This document shows, in pieces, positions 56,611 to 64,000 of a DNA stretch of 64,000 nucleotides. Within the stretch, counting starts at the first letter, position 1, and the number at the start of each line of letters is the position of its first letter. Origin of the DNA: Synergistales bacterium (GTDB taxonomy: Bacteria; Synergistota; Synergistia; Synergistales; 79-D21); assembly GCA_036722335.1 (NCBI GenBank), contig DAIMJI010000003.1:3781-67780 (forward strand). The letters are read 5' to 3'. The notes beneath the pieces were generated by a model. The model ran no database searches. It saw nothing but the letters and a program-made list of their open reading frames with translations, and had not been told where the DNA came from. The position numbers and the translations under genes are program-made.

Positions 56611-56640
56611 CTGTCTCATCTCCCTTTTCCCAAGGCTGTT

Positions 56641-57234
56641 TCATTCCAGGTGCCGGTCGGATGTCGATTGGATGCCCGTGTTCTTCGAGTCCTCAACACA
56701 TAGCGCCTTGCCTTGCAGGTCTACCATACACTGCTTCGCCGGGACATTTCCCTCGACATCGCTGGCGTGGAGTTCCTTGATAAAATCGACGATTTCCTTC
56801 AGGTCGGGAACCTTTGACAAGGGGTAGGTCTTGACGAAGAGTACGACCCCATGTTCGTTTAGCAGGACGTTCGCGCGTTCTGAGAAGCCTTCCTTCCTCC
56901 TGAAAAGCCCCATGTCGGCCGCCACTTTACCGTGAGGCCAGAAGTCGGACAGGATCCGCAGCCTTTCGAGCCCGAGGTCGTTTGCCCATGCCGCCTTGCT
57001 TGGTACTGAATCGACACTTATCCCAACCGGTACCGTGTTTAACCCGTAAAAGACATCCATGTCCCGTTCCAGGCACCGCATCTGGTCGGCGCAAACGGGC
57101 GTCCACGCCAGAGGGTGGAACGAAAGTAGGACCCTTTTCCCCTTTTGGTCCGAGAGTTTCCAGTCGTTCTTGTCCTGGTCCTGGAGGGAGAAATCCTCCG
57201 GGATGTCTCCCAGGTTGAGCTTACTGGCTTCCAT
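56641..57234 (-). CDS. Peroxiredoxin (AhpC/TSA family, Cys-type) with a C-terminal extension
   Basis: 197 aa from MEASKLNLGD, with an AAGGAGGG SD. The catalytic motif is FHPLAWTPVC. An extra tail of about 45 aa contains two Cys. Confidence 0.85.
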   Translation of the reverse strand: MEASKLNLGDIPEDFSLQDQDKNDWKLSDQKGKRVLLSFHPLAWTPVCADQMRCLERDMDVFYGLNTVPVGISVDSVPSKAAWANDLGLERLRILSDFWPHGKVAADMGLFRRKEGFSERANVLLNEHGVVLFVKTYPLSKVPDLKEIVDFIKELHASDVEGNVPAKQCMVDLQGKALCVEDSKNTGIQSTSDRHLE

Positions 57235-57260
57235 GGCATGTCCCTCCTTTTGCGTAGGCC

Positions 57261-58127
57261 TCATTTGAGGGTTTCAATGAAGCCTGCGATCCTATCGAAC
57301 GGTGGCGTCCTCTCCCAAAGGGCTTCCTTCGTGTCGCGGTAGGCTCCTAGTTGCTCTTCGAAAGTCCTGCGGTCCGTCGGTTCCCTGTAAATGATTCCCA
57401 GAGGGTAAGGCGGTCCGGAGAGAGCCAGTTCCATCGCCTTTTTCCTGTCGCCTTCCTCCGGCCTGGAGCGTTCAACAAAAACGGTGTTTTCCCTGAACCA
57501 CTTGTAGGTGTTAACCTTGTTGAAGGAAACACAGGGCTGGAAGATATCCACCAGCGCGTATCCCTTGTGTGAGATGGCTTCCATGATGATCTTCCGCGTC
57601 ATATCCGGCTCCCCGGAAAAGGTCCTCGCCACGAAAGTCGCTCCCTGGGAAATCGCGAGAGCGATAGGATTCAGGGGTTCCGAGAAAACCCCTTCCACCT
57701 GCACGGGGGTTTTCAAGCCGACCGGGCTAGTTGGCGAAGCCTGCCCCTTGGTTAGACCATAAACCATGTTGTTGTGAACGAGGTTCGTCAGGTCGGGGTT
57801 CCGGCGTATCGCGTGCAGGAGGTGGTTTCCCCCTTCACCGTACATGTCCCCGTCCCCCCCTATCGCGATAACCGTAAGGCCCGGGTTCGCGGCTTTGACC
57901 CCTGTCGCCACGGGCAAAGCCCTTCCGTGCAGCCCCTGGATGATATGGCCTTTCATGAAATGAGGGGTCTTCGCCGCCTGGCCTATCCCCGAAACGAGGA
58001 CTACATCCCGCGGAGTGAGCCCCAACTCTGCAAGGGCTTCCTTCAGGGCCGACAGTATCTGGAAGTTCCCGCACCCCGGGCACCATGACAAGTCGATATG
58101 TTCCAAATCATAATCCCGTGCGTTCAT
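57261..58127 (-). CDS. korB: 2-oxoacid:ferredoxin oxidoreductase beta subunit (TPP-binding)
   Basis: 288 aa from MNARDYDLEHIDLSWCPGCGNF, with a GDGD TPP motif. It has an ATGA overlap with the korA stop. The ORF-track start at 58427 is an extension. Confidence 0.9.
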   Translation of the reverse strand: MNARDYDLEHIDLSWCPGCGNFQILSALKEALAELGLTPRDVVLVSGIGQAAKTPHFMKGHIIQGLHGRALPVATGVKAANPGLTVIAIGGDGDMYGEGGNHLLHAIRRNPDLTNLVHNNMVYGLTKGQASPTSPVGLKTPVQVEGVFSEPLNPIALAISQGATFVARTFSGEPDMTRKIIMEAISHKGYALVDIFQPCVSFNKVNTYKWFRENTVFVERSRPEEGDRKKAMELALSGPPYPLGIIYREPTDRRTFEEQLGAYRDTKEALWERTPPFDRIAGFIETLK

Positions 58128-59842
58128 TGGGCCACGCCTCCTGCAAGAAGTCCGTCGAGCCCTGCGGTCACTTCCTCGACCGAAAACTGGTGTCCCTTGA
58201 AGTTTAGCAAGAGATGATCCGCCTTCCTTCCCGTAGACAGCCTGAGAAGACGAGCCAGTTGCCCCGTCGAGTTCCCCTCCACGACGACCACTTTCCCGGC
58301 TTTGGCCAACAGGGAATGGGTCATGGGATGAAGGGGAAAGACCTGCCTGAAATGGACAAGCGCGATATCTCCCTTCCCGAGATTGGCGATCGCTTCCTTG
58401 ACGATGGGGCCAGTCGAACCCCAGCAAAAAACAACCGGGTTGCCAACCGGTTCTCCAAGGACTGTCGGAGGAACCGCAACCTCCTCCAGGAGCCTCAGCT
58501 TTGACAGTCTTTTCAACTGCATCTTCTCGCGCATTTCAAAATCCTCTTCGATATGCCCGCTTTCGTCATGTTCGTGGCTGTCTATTCGGACAAGCCCTGT
58601 ACCGTATCCGAAAATTCCGCGCGGGGAAACCCCGTTCTCCGACAGCCTGTATCGAAGGTAATCCGACCCGGTTTCAACGAAATGATGCTTAAACCCTTCC
58701 GGTGCGACCGGCAGTTCCTCTTCTTCAAAAATGCTGTCCAGCAGGTATTCATCCGTCAGCAGGAAAACGGGCACCTGGAACCGGTCTGCCCAGTCGAATG
58801 CCAGCCTGGAAAGCTCGAAGGCTTCTTTAGCGTTCCCGGGAGAAAGAATCACTCGCGGGAATTCACCATGCCCCGCGTAAAGGGCCAGTTCGAGGTCTGC
58901 CTGCTCGGTACGCGTCGCCATTCCGGTCGCCGGACCCGGTCTTTGCCCGAGGTGAATCACCAGGGGAATCTCGGTGACTGCCGAAAGGCTTATTCCCTCC
59001 TCCATGAGGGCAAATCCTCCCCCGGATGTCGTCGCCATGGCCCTCGCACCGGCGGCCCAAGCTCCCAAAGCCATGTTCACCGCCGAAATTTCGTCTTCGA
59101 CCTGTTCCACCGCAATCCCGAACCGGGAGGCGTTCTGAGCCATGAAAGCCAGCACCCCCGACCCCGGGGACATGGGATACGCCGTCACGAAGTTGCATCC
59201 TCCCGCAAGGGCTCCCAGAGAGACCGCCTTGTGCCCATCCATTATCACCGGCCTTCGGCCAGGTTCCTTCACGGGCATCCCCAGCCGGACAAGGCCCTTT
59301 TCAATAAATTGGCCTCCCTCAAGGTACCCTCTTTCCGCGGAGAGAAGATTCCGTTCAAGAATGTCCGCCTTTGCTCCAAAGCGGTCCCTGATCAACTCTT
59401 CGAGCAGGGAGTAGTGAACTCCAAGGAGGGCACAAACCAACCCCGCCGCGACGCTGTTGGCTGTTACCGGGCCCCCCGCTTGCCTTGCGATTTCAAGAAA
59501 GGGGGCATTCACAAAACGGCAGGGGTGCCCTTCAAATTCATCTCTTAGCTCTTCCCTGTCACCCAGGACGAACGTATCCGCACCCAGCCTCTTCCAAATG
59601 TTCCTCCTTAGCCCGCCGTTCAAGGGAACGAGGAGGTCTATCCTGTCAACGAAGGCTTCGACGCGTTTATCCGCGATCCTGATCTCCGTGGAATTGCTTC
59701 CACCCCTGACCCTGGACATCGATTCCTTTGTCGCGAAAACGTGGAAACCCGAACGCCCCAAAGCCTTGACTAGCAAGCTTTCAACCGTCTGTACCCCTTG
59801 CCCGGCCGCTCCGCAAAGCACGATGGAAAGTTCACTGCTCAT
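58124..59842 (-). CDS. korA: 2-oxoacid:ferredoxin oxidoreductase alpha subunit (gamma-alpha fusion type)
   Basis: 572 aa. The N-terminus is a gamma-like domain (IVLCGAAGQGVQT) followed by the alpha domain (AYPMSPGS). There is no delta/ferredoxin subunit gene adjacent. Confidence 0.9.
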   Translation of the reverse strand: MSSELSIVLCGAAGQGVQTVESLLVKALGRSGFHVFATKESMSRVRGGSNSTEIRIADKRVEAFVDRIDLLVPLNGGLRRNIWKRLGADTFVLGDREELRDEFEGHPCRFVNAPFLEIARQAGGPVTANSVAAGLVCALLGVHYSLLEELIRDRFGAKADILERNLLSAERGYLEGGQFIEKGLVRLGMPVKEPGRRPVIMDGHKAVSLGALAGGCNFVTAYPMSPGSGVLAFMAQNASRFGIAVEQVEDEISAVNMALGAWAAGARAMATTSGGGFALMEEGISLSAVTEIPLVIHLGQRPGPATGMATRTEQADLELALYAGHGEFPRVILSPGNAKEAFELSRLAFDWADRFQVPVFLLTDEYLLDSIFEEEELPVAPEGFKHHFVETGSDYLRYRLSENGVSPRGIFGYGTGLVRIDSHEHDESGHIEEDFEMREKMQLKRLSKLRLLEEVAVPPTVLGEPVGNPVVFCWGSTGPIVKEAIANLGKGDIALVHFRQVFPLHPMTHSLLAKAGKVVVVEGNSTGQLARLLRLSTGRKADHLLLNFKGHQFSVEEVTAGLDGLLAGGVAQ

Positions 59843-59881
59843 GCAACCACCCCCAGGGACGATAGGCCCTTCTTCCTCTTC

Positions 59882-60067
59882 TCATTGTGCCGGGTAATCG
59901 ATGCTCTCCAGTTTCACCCTCGCCTCGGCCTCGCGTTCGGACTCGACGGAAACGGTTTTTGCGGCGAGGTCGACTTCGCAGTCGATACCGATTTCCCCAA
60001 GCGCTTCCCTGATTCTTCCCACGCAGTGCCCACATGACATATCAGGAACGGAAAGGACCACTTTCAT
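59882..60067 (-). CDS. Heavy-metal-associated (HMA) domain metallochaperone, CopZ-like
   Basis: 61 aa from the ATG at 60067, with a GGAGG SD 9 nt upstream. The motif is MSCGHC. Confidence 0.8.
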   Translation of the reverse strand: MKVVLSVPDMSCGHCVGRIREALGEIGIDCEVDLAAKTVSVESEREAEARVKLESIDYPAQ

Positions 60068-60089
60068 CCACTTCACCTCCTCGCCCTAA

Positions 60090-60118
60090 TTGTTACATTA
60101 TACCGTTTCCTGTATATT
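60090..60118 (+). promoter_or_regulatory. Candidate sigma-70 promoter (TTGTTA-N17-TATATT) for the thioredoxin-like/CcdA genes
   Basis: It lies in the AT-rich divergent intergenic region. A perfect minus-strand TATAAT (60097..60102) for the HMA/kor operon overlaps it. Confidence 0.5.
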
Positions 60119-60179
60119 TATTACTATGAATCGCATGGCATGACTGACAAATTACGCACTACGGAAAGGGGAAGGTTGA

Positions 60180-60644
60180 TTGAAGAAAATGCTTGGCTGG
60201 GGACTCCTGGGGTTCGCCCTTTTTTCGCTCCTGTACGCAGGCTGGCTCACCTTTTCGAACTCGAACGAAAAGACGGGCACAGGCACCCAAACAGTCCCTG
60301 ATGGGACCGTGGTCGTCTATTTCATCCATGGAAGGGCGAAATGCCCTACCTGTGACCTCATCCTTGCCCATACCCGCAAAACCCTGGAAACGACTTTCGC
60401 CGAAGAAACCAGGACCGGCCGGCTGGTCTTGGTTCAGGTTGACGTGGAAAAACCCGGGAACGAGCATTTCATGGAAGATTTCAACCTTTTTACGACCTCT
60501 GTCGTCCTTTACGCCAAAAAGAGGGATGGAGAACCCTTCTGGAGAAACCTCGACAAGGCCTGGGAATTGGCCGAAGACGAAGATGCCTACAAAGCCTACT
60601 TTTCCGATTCGCTTCGTCTCTTCCTTGAGGAGGCGGGCGCTTGA
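60180..60644 (+). CDS. Membrane-anchored thioredoxin-fold protein (CPxC)
   Basis: 154 aa. It has an N-terminal TM/signal anchor and then VVVYFIHGRAKCPTCD, a Trx-like active-site context. It overlaps the next gene by 4 nt. Confidence 0.7.
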   Translation: MKKMLGWGLLGFALFSLLYAGWLTFSNSNEKTGTGTQTVPDGTVVVYFIHGRAKCPTCDLILAHTRKTLETTFAEETRTGRLVLVQVDVEKPGNEHFMEDFNLFTTSVVLYAKKRDGEPFWRNLDKAWELAEDEDAYKAYFSDSLRLFLEEAGA

Positions 60645-61321
60645 GCCATATTTTAATCGCCGTTTCAGCCTTCTGGCTGGGCATCCTGACGAGCCTGAGC
60701 CCGTGTACGGTCGCTACAAACCTCGCGGCCTTTTCTTACCTTGTCCAAACCTTTCCCGATTCGGGAAATTTGTTCAGGGCATCCCTTCTTTACTCTCTCG
60801 GAAGGATGGCCGTCTATATTGCCCTGGGTTACGGACTGACAGCGGGTTTCTTGTCAATACCCAACGTTTCTTCGGTCCTTATGCGGGACTTCAACCGTTT
60901 TCTCGGCCCGGTTCTCGTCATAATCGGCGTTTTCGTCCTTGATTGGGTTCGTTTGCCTATAAAAACCCCATCCTTCTTTCGTGCCCATATTTTTTTCGGG
61001 CGGCGGGCTATCCATCATTTTTTAATGGGCTCGGTTTTCGCACTCGCTTTCTGCCCGGTGGCGGCCGCCCTTTTCTTCGGGGCACTGGTGCCTCTATCCA
61101 TCGAAAGCCGTTCCCCCTTGCTGCTTCCCGCCCTTTACGGTGTCGGCACGGGGCTTCCCGTCATCGGGCTTGTGTTTTCCCTGAGAGTCGGTTCTCTTGC
61201 CTTCAAGAACCGCCTTTTCGTTCTTTCACGCGTTGAAGGATTTTTACGTTCCTTTACCGGTGGAATTTTCGTCCTCGTCGGGCTTTACCTGATCCTGAGC
61301 GTGCTTTTTCCCATTTTCTAG
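60641..61321 (+). CDS. CcdA/DsbD-family transmembrane thiol-disulfide electron transporter
   Basis: 226 aa with about 6 TM helices. Conserved Cys residues lie in TM1 (LSPCTVATN) and TM4 (AFCPVAAA). Confidence 0.8.
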   Translation: MSHILIAVSAFWLGILTSLSPCTVATNLAAFSYLVQTFPDSGNLFRASLLYSLGRMAVYIALGYGLTAGFLSIPNVSSVLMRDFNRFLGPVLVIIGVFVLDWVRLPIKTPSFFRAHIFFGRRAIHHFLMGSVFALAFCPVAAALFFGALVPLSIESRSPLLLPALYGVGTGLPVIGLVFSLRVGSLAFKNRLFVLSRVEGFLRSFTGGIFVLVGLYLILSVLFPIF

Positions 61322-61405
61322 GCAACCTTCGCGCTTCCCCCGACTGCGATCCTGACTGTATAATGCTTTCGAACGATTACGGGATGAACATGGAGAAGGA
61401 GGTAG

Positions 61406-61585
61406 ATGGGTATGCTCAAGTTCCGTTGTCTCAACTGCAACCATGAATTCGAGCTGGAAGAGAAACCTGCGGCGCTTAAATGCCCCAAGTGCCTAAGCCG
61501 TTTTGTTCAACTGCTCGAAGGGAAACCCTTAAAGGGAAAGTCCTGGGGATCGAAAAGCTTCAGCGTTCCGGGGTACAAGAAGTAA
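61406..61585 (+). CDS. Small zinc-ribbon protein (FmdB-like CxxC...CxxC)
   Basis: It is not in the ORF track (59 aa). My translation is MGMLKFRCLNCNHEFELEEKPAALKCPKCLSRFVQLLEGKPLKGKSWGSKSFSVPGYKK. A GGAGAAGGAGG SD is present, and a terminator follows. Confidence 0.65.
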   Translation: MGMLKFRCLNCNHEFELEEKPAALKCPKCLSRFVQLLEGKPLKGKSWGSKSFSVPGYKK

Positions 61586-61601
61586 CTTCGAAAGAAAAGA
61601 A

Positions 61602-61632
61602 AGCCGGGAAGGGACAAAGTCCCTTCCCGGCT
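61602..61632. terminator. Bidirectional rho-independent terminator
   Basis: A perfect 14-bp stem (agccgggaagggac-aaa-gtcccttcccggct) lies between the convergent zinc-ribbon (+) and cstA (-) genes. Confidence 0.8.
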
Positions 61633-61652
61633 TTGCGTTTTACGCCCGGGGT

Positions 61653-63260
61653 CTAGGCTTTCTTTATCGCGCCCCAGGCTTCCTTGACAAGCATGATGGC
61701 TAGCAGAAGCAGGACGACCGAGATGCCGGAAAGGAACAGGTTGCTCATGTTGTCCTTGATGAGGAGGAAAAGGGCGGCGATCGTCGTCACTAGCATGAAC
61801 ACCATCGGGATCATGACGAAGTTCGCGCTCTTCTTCAAACCCTTGATGATCCACACGCCGATGGCGAGGAGGGCAAGGGCGGCAACCAGCTGGTTGGAAG
61901 CCCCGAAAACGGGCCAGATCAGCTGCCAGGCGGGTTTTCCGCCGGTCTTCATGAAGACCAGCCCGCAGGCAACAGCCACACCGATCGCAGTCGCCGTGTA
62001 ACGGTCAACCTTCATGTCGGTGAACTCCTGAAGCTGGTAGCGCGCCAGACGGGTCGCCGTGTCAAGCGAGGTCAGGATGAAGGAGTTCAGGGCAAGGAGG
62101 CCGAGGGATGTCCCGACCTTTTCCGGGATGCCGATGAGCGCGGCGAATTTTCCCAGGCCGGCTCCGTAGGTAACGGTAGGGCCGCCCTTCAGGATCGTTC
62201 CCGCGATCATGACCGTACCGATGGCGATAACGGCGACCAGGCCTTCAATAAGCATGGCGCCATAACCGACACCGATCGCATCCGTTTCCTTGCGCAGCTG
62301 CTTTGCGGTCGTTCCGCTCCCCACCAGGGAGTGGAAGCCCGAGATTGCGCCGCAGGCGACGATGACGAAAAGGAGAGGCCAGATCGGCTCGCCCTTGGGG
62401 CCGGTGAAGCCCTTGAATGCCGGAAGAGCGACTTCGAAGGTCTTGGCCCCGAAAATCATGCCCACCGCTCCGATGAAAACGGAGAAGTAGAGGAGGTAGG
62501 AGGCCAGGTAGTCGCGCGGCTGAAGGAGAAGCCAGACCGGGAGCACCGATGCCGCGAAGATGTAGACGACGAGCACCCAACGCCAGGTCGTGTTGGGGAA
62601 ACTGAAAGACTGCTGGACCCACTCCGCGGAGCTCCCGTAGAAAACGGCGCCGATAACGATCGGAACCATGACGAGGGTCATGACAAGGAGAGAGACGCCC
62701 TTGCGGTAGATCAGGACGCCGAAGACCAGGGCCATGCCGATGTAGAGCAGTCCGGAAAAGGCAACCGCCGGGTCGGCGGCGAAGGTGTTGGCGGCCAGTT
62801 CCAGGAATACCGCGATAACGAGGGTAAGGGCAAGCCATGTGAAGGTAAGGAAGATTTTCTTTGCCCTATGGCCAATCCAGTGGTCGACGACCTCCCCGAC
62901 GGAAAGCCCTTTGTGGCGGATCGAGGCCACGAGCGCTCCGGCATCGTGGACGCCGCCAAGGAAGGCGGACCCGATCAGGCACCAGATGTAGGCCGGGAGC
63001 CAGCCGAACATCGAAGCGGCGGCAATAGGCCCGACGATCGGGCCCGCACCCGCGATAGACGCGAAGTGGTGGCCCAGGAGCACTGCCGGGTGGGTGGGAA
63101 CATAATCCATACCGTCGAAATAAACCTTAGCGGGCGTTTCGTTCTTGTCATCGAGGCCGTAGAGGTTCTTCTGGAATTTCCCATAAATCATGAAGGCCGC
63201 TACAAAAAAGACTACGGCAATGACAAACAGCGTTGTTAACATCCCTTGATTCACCTCCAT
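61653..63260 (-). CDS. cstA: Carbon starvation protein A (CstA-family peptide/pyruvate transporter)
   Basis: 535 aa and polytopic. CstA-type motifs are present (GHHFASIAGAGPIVGP, GGVHD). Confidence 0.9.
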   Translation of the reverse strand: MEVNQGMLTTLFVIAVVFFVAAFMIYGKFQKNLYGLDDKNETPAKVYFDGMDYVPTHPAVLLGHHFASIAGAGPIVGPIAAASMFGWLPAYIWCLIGSAFLGGVHDAGALVASIRHKGLSVGEVVDHWIGHRAKKIFLTFTWLALTLVIAVFLELAANTFAADPAVAFSGLLYIGMALVFGVLIYRKGVSLLVMTLVMVPIVIGAVFYGSSAEWVQQSFSFPNTTWRWVLVVYIFAASVLPVWLLLQPRDYLASYLLYFSVFIGAVGMIFGAKTFEVALPAFKGFTGPKGEPIWPLLFVIVACGAISGFHSLVGSGTTAKQLRKETDAIGVGYGAMLIEGLVAVIAIGTVMIAGTILKGGPTVTYGAGLGKFAALIGIPEKVGTSLGLLALNSFILTSLDTATRLARYQLQEFTDMKVDRYTATAIGVAVACGLVFMKTGGKPAWQLIWPVFGASNQLVAALALLAIGVWIIKGLKKSANFVMIPMVFMLVTTIAALFLLIKDNMSNLFLSGISVVLLLLAIMLVKEAWGAIKKA

Positions 63261-63293
63261 AAAGATATTTTTTGGTCAAACCAACCCACAGTT

Positions 63294-63758
63294 TCAGGAA
63301 TCCTGTCGGGCATCACCTCCCGGTTCCTTCTCCTCTTTTCGTTTTCCTGCGTACTCGAGCCCCATCGCCGCCCAATGGGCCAAGTCCTTGAATCGTTTGT
63401 GGGGCTCATCGCCTATACGGAAAGCATAAACCTCTACCCAGCCTCTGTAACCCCAAAGAAAGGTTTTCTGGCGATGCTTTTCCCAGGTTTTATCACCAAG
63501 GAGGAGGATCCGGTGGCTCATGACCTCCTCTTCGCCTTTCCATAGGCGGAATATCTCCTCCGCGCTCTTTTCGTCTTCGTGGTCCCACACGATGTAATCG
63601 TCCGCGTAATACCTTGCGACTTCCCCCAACATTGCCCCTTTCCTGAACGTAACCCTCCGGTAGACTCCCTGAAGGCCGTTCCAGGACCAAGGTTTGAAAC
63701 CTATTTCTTCCCAGTAATCCTCAATTTCTGAAAGGGATCCGTATTTCCCTGGGTTCAC
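63294..63758 (-). CDS. Trp-rich cytoplasmic hypothetical protein
   Basis: 154 aa. It has a GTG start with a GGAGG SD and its own promoter, and it lies 33 nt upstream of cstA. It has no TM segment and no motif I recognise. Confidence 0.55.
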   Translation of the reverse strand: MNPGKYGSLSEIEDYWEEIGFKPWSWNGLQGVYRRVTFRKGAMLGEVARYYADDYIVWDHEDEKSAEEIFRLWKGEEEVMSHRILLLGDKTWEKHRQKTFLWGYRGWVEVYAFRIGDEPHKRFKDLAHWAAMGLEYAGKRKEEKEPGGDARQDS

Positions 63759-63796
63759 CCGATTTTCCTCCGTTTCGGTACGGACTAAACTAAAAA

Positions 63797-63825
63797 ATGA
63801 TACAACTCCTGACCCAAATTGTCAG
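63797..63825 (-). promoter_or_regulatory. Candidate sigma-70 promoter (CTGACA-N17-TATCAT)
   Basis: The minus strand reads gCTGACAatttgggtcaggagttgTATCAT in an AT-rich intergenic region upstream of the 63758 gene. Confidence 0.55.
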
Positions 63826-63857
63826 CCAATTCACCGAATAAAATATATCGCATACAA

Positions 63858-63893
63858 GAAAAAAAAGATACCGGGCTTAAAGCCCGGTATCTT
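63858..63893 (-). terminator. Rho-independent terminator of the partial upstream gene
   Basis: A perfect palindrome (aagataccgggctt|aagcccggtatctt) is followed on the minus strand by U8. Confidence 0.85.
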
Positions 63894-63913
63894 AAGGGGA
63901 CAGGCCGTTCCGG

Positions 63914-64000
63914 TTAAAAGGCGTGGAAACCCTGAATATGCTCGCGCATATCCTCGTAGTTCTTGCGAGCGGTTCCCATATGCCCCTCTTCCATTTCTTT
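63914..64000 (-). CDS. 3' end of an unidentified gene (runs off the window end)
   Basis: The open frame ends ...KEMEEGHMGTARKNYEDMREHIQGFHAF-TAA and is followed by a strong terminator. It is too short to identify. Confidence 0.4.
   Translation of the reverse strand, partial: KEMEEGHMGTARKNYEDMREHIQGFHAF

Noticed and set aside
1-64000. A search for CRISPR arrays, tRNA/rRNA genes, IS elements, integrases, toxin-antitoxin pairs or defence islands.
   Set aside because: There are no direct-repeat arrays. No intergenic gap exceeds 200 nt. There are no transposase, recombinase or nuclease-helicase defence signatures. All gaps are accounted for by promoters and terminators.

Overview
This is a gene-dense (about 90% coding), roughly 57% GC bacterial chromosomal segment, and about 80% of its genes lie on the minus strand. 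I saw no rRNA, tRNA, CRISPR array, transposase, integrase or prophage signature. The content is core housekeeping, and the gene order resembles Bacillota-type genomes: rny-ymdB-spoVS; rpsF-ssb-rpsR; yybS-rplI-dnaB; and hrcA-grpE-dnaJ-prmA-rsmE-mtaB...rpsU-yqeY. Other genes point to an amino-acid-fermenting anaerobe. These include class II and class III ribonucleotide reductases with NrdR, a two-subunit 2-oxoacid:ferredoxin oxidoreductase, a tryptophanase/tyrosine-phenol-lyase family enzyme, Kbl, a LIV transporter, CstA and a type III glutamine synthetase. I cannot assign taxonomy from the sequence alone; Synergistota or Clostridia-like is only a guess. Many genes are chained by 4-nt ATGA overlaps, so TGA is an ordinary stop codon here.

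The most notable region is 55.7-60.1 kb, an apparent minus-strand operon: HMA metallochaperone, korA, korB, Cys-peroxiredoxin, a second peroxiredoxin and a small secreted protein.
- **Selenocysteine peroxiredoxin.** The catalytic Cys codon of the second peroxiredoxin is an in-frame TGA followed by a SECIS-like hairpin. The ORF track truncates this gene.
- **Small secreted protein.** It follows the selenoprotein gene and carries superoxide-reductase/SoxZ-like motifs.

Other points:
- Tandem NrdR boxes lie upstream of nrdJ.
- A CIRCE operator lies upstream of hrcA, and the operon lacks dnaK.
- A folE2-PTPS operon plus folP-folK occur with no folB in the window.
- Two real genes fall below the 60-aa ORF cutoff: rpsU and a zinc-ribbon protein.
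- An rpsF leader hairpin is present.

Nearly all long plus-strand ORFs opposite these genes are high-GC shadow ORFs.
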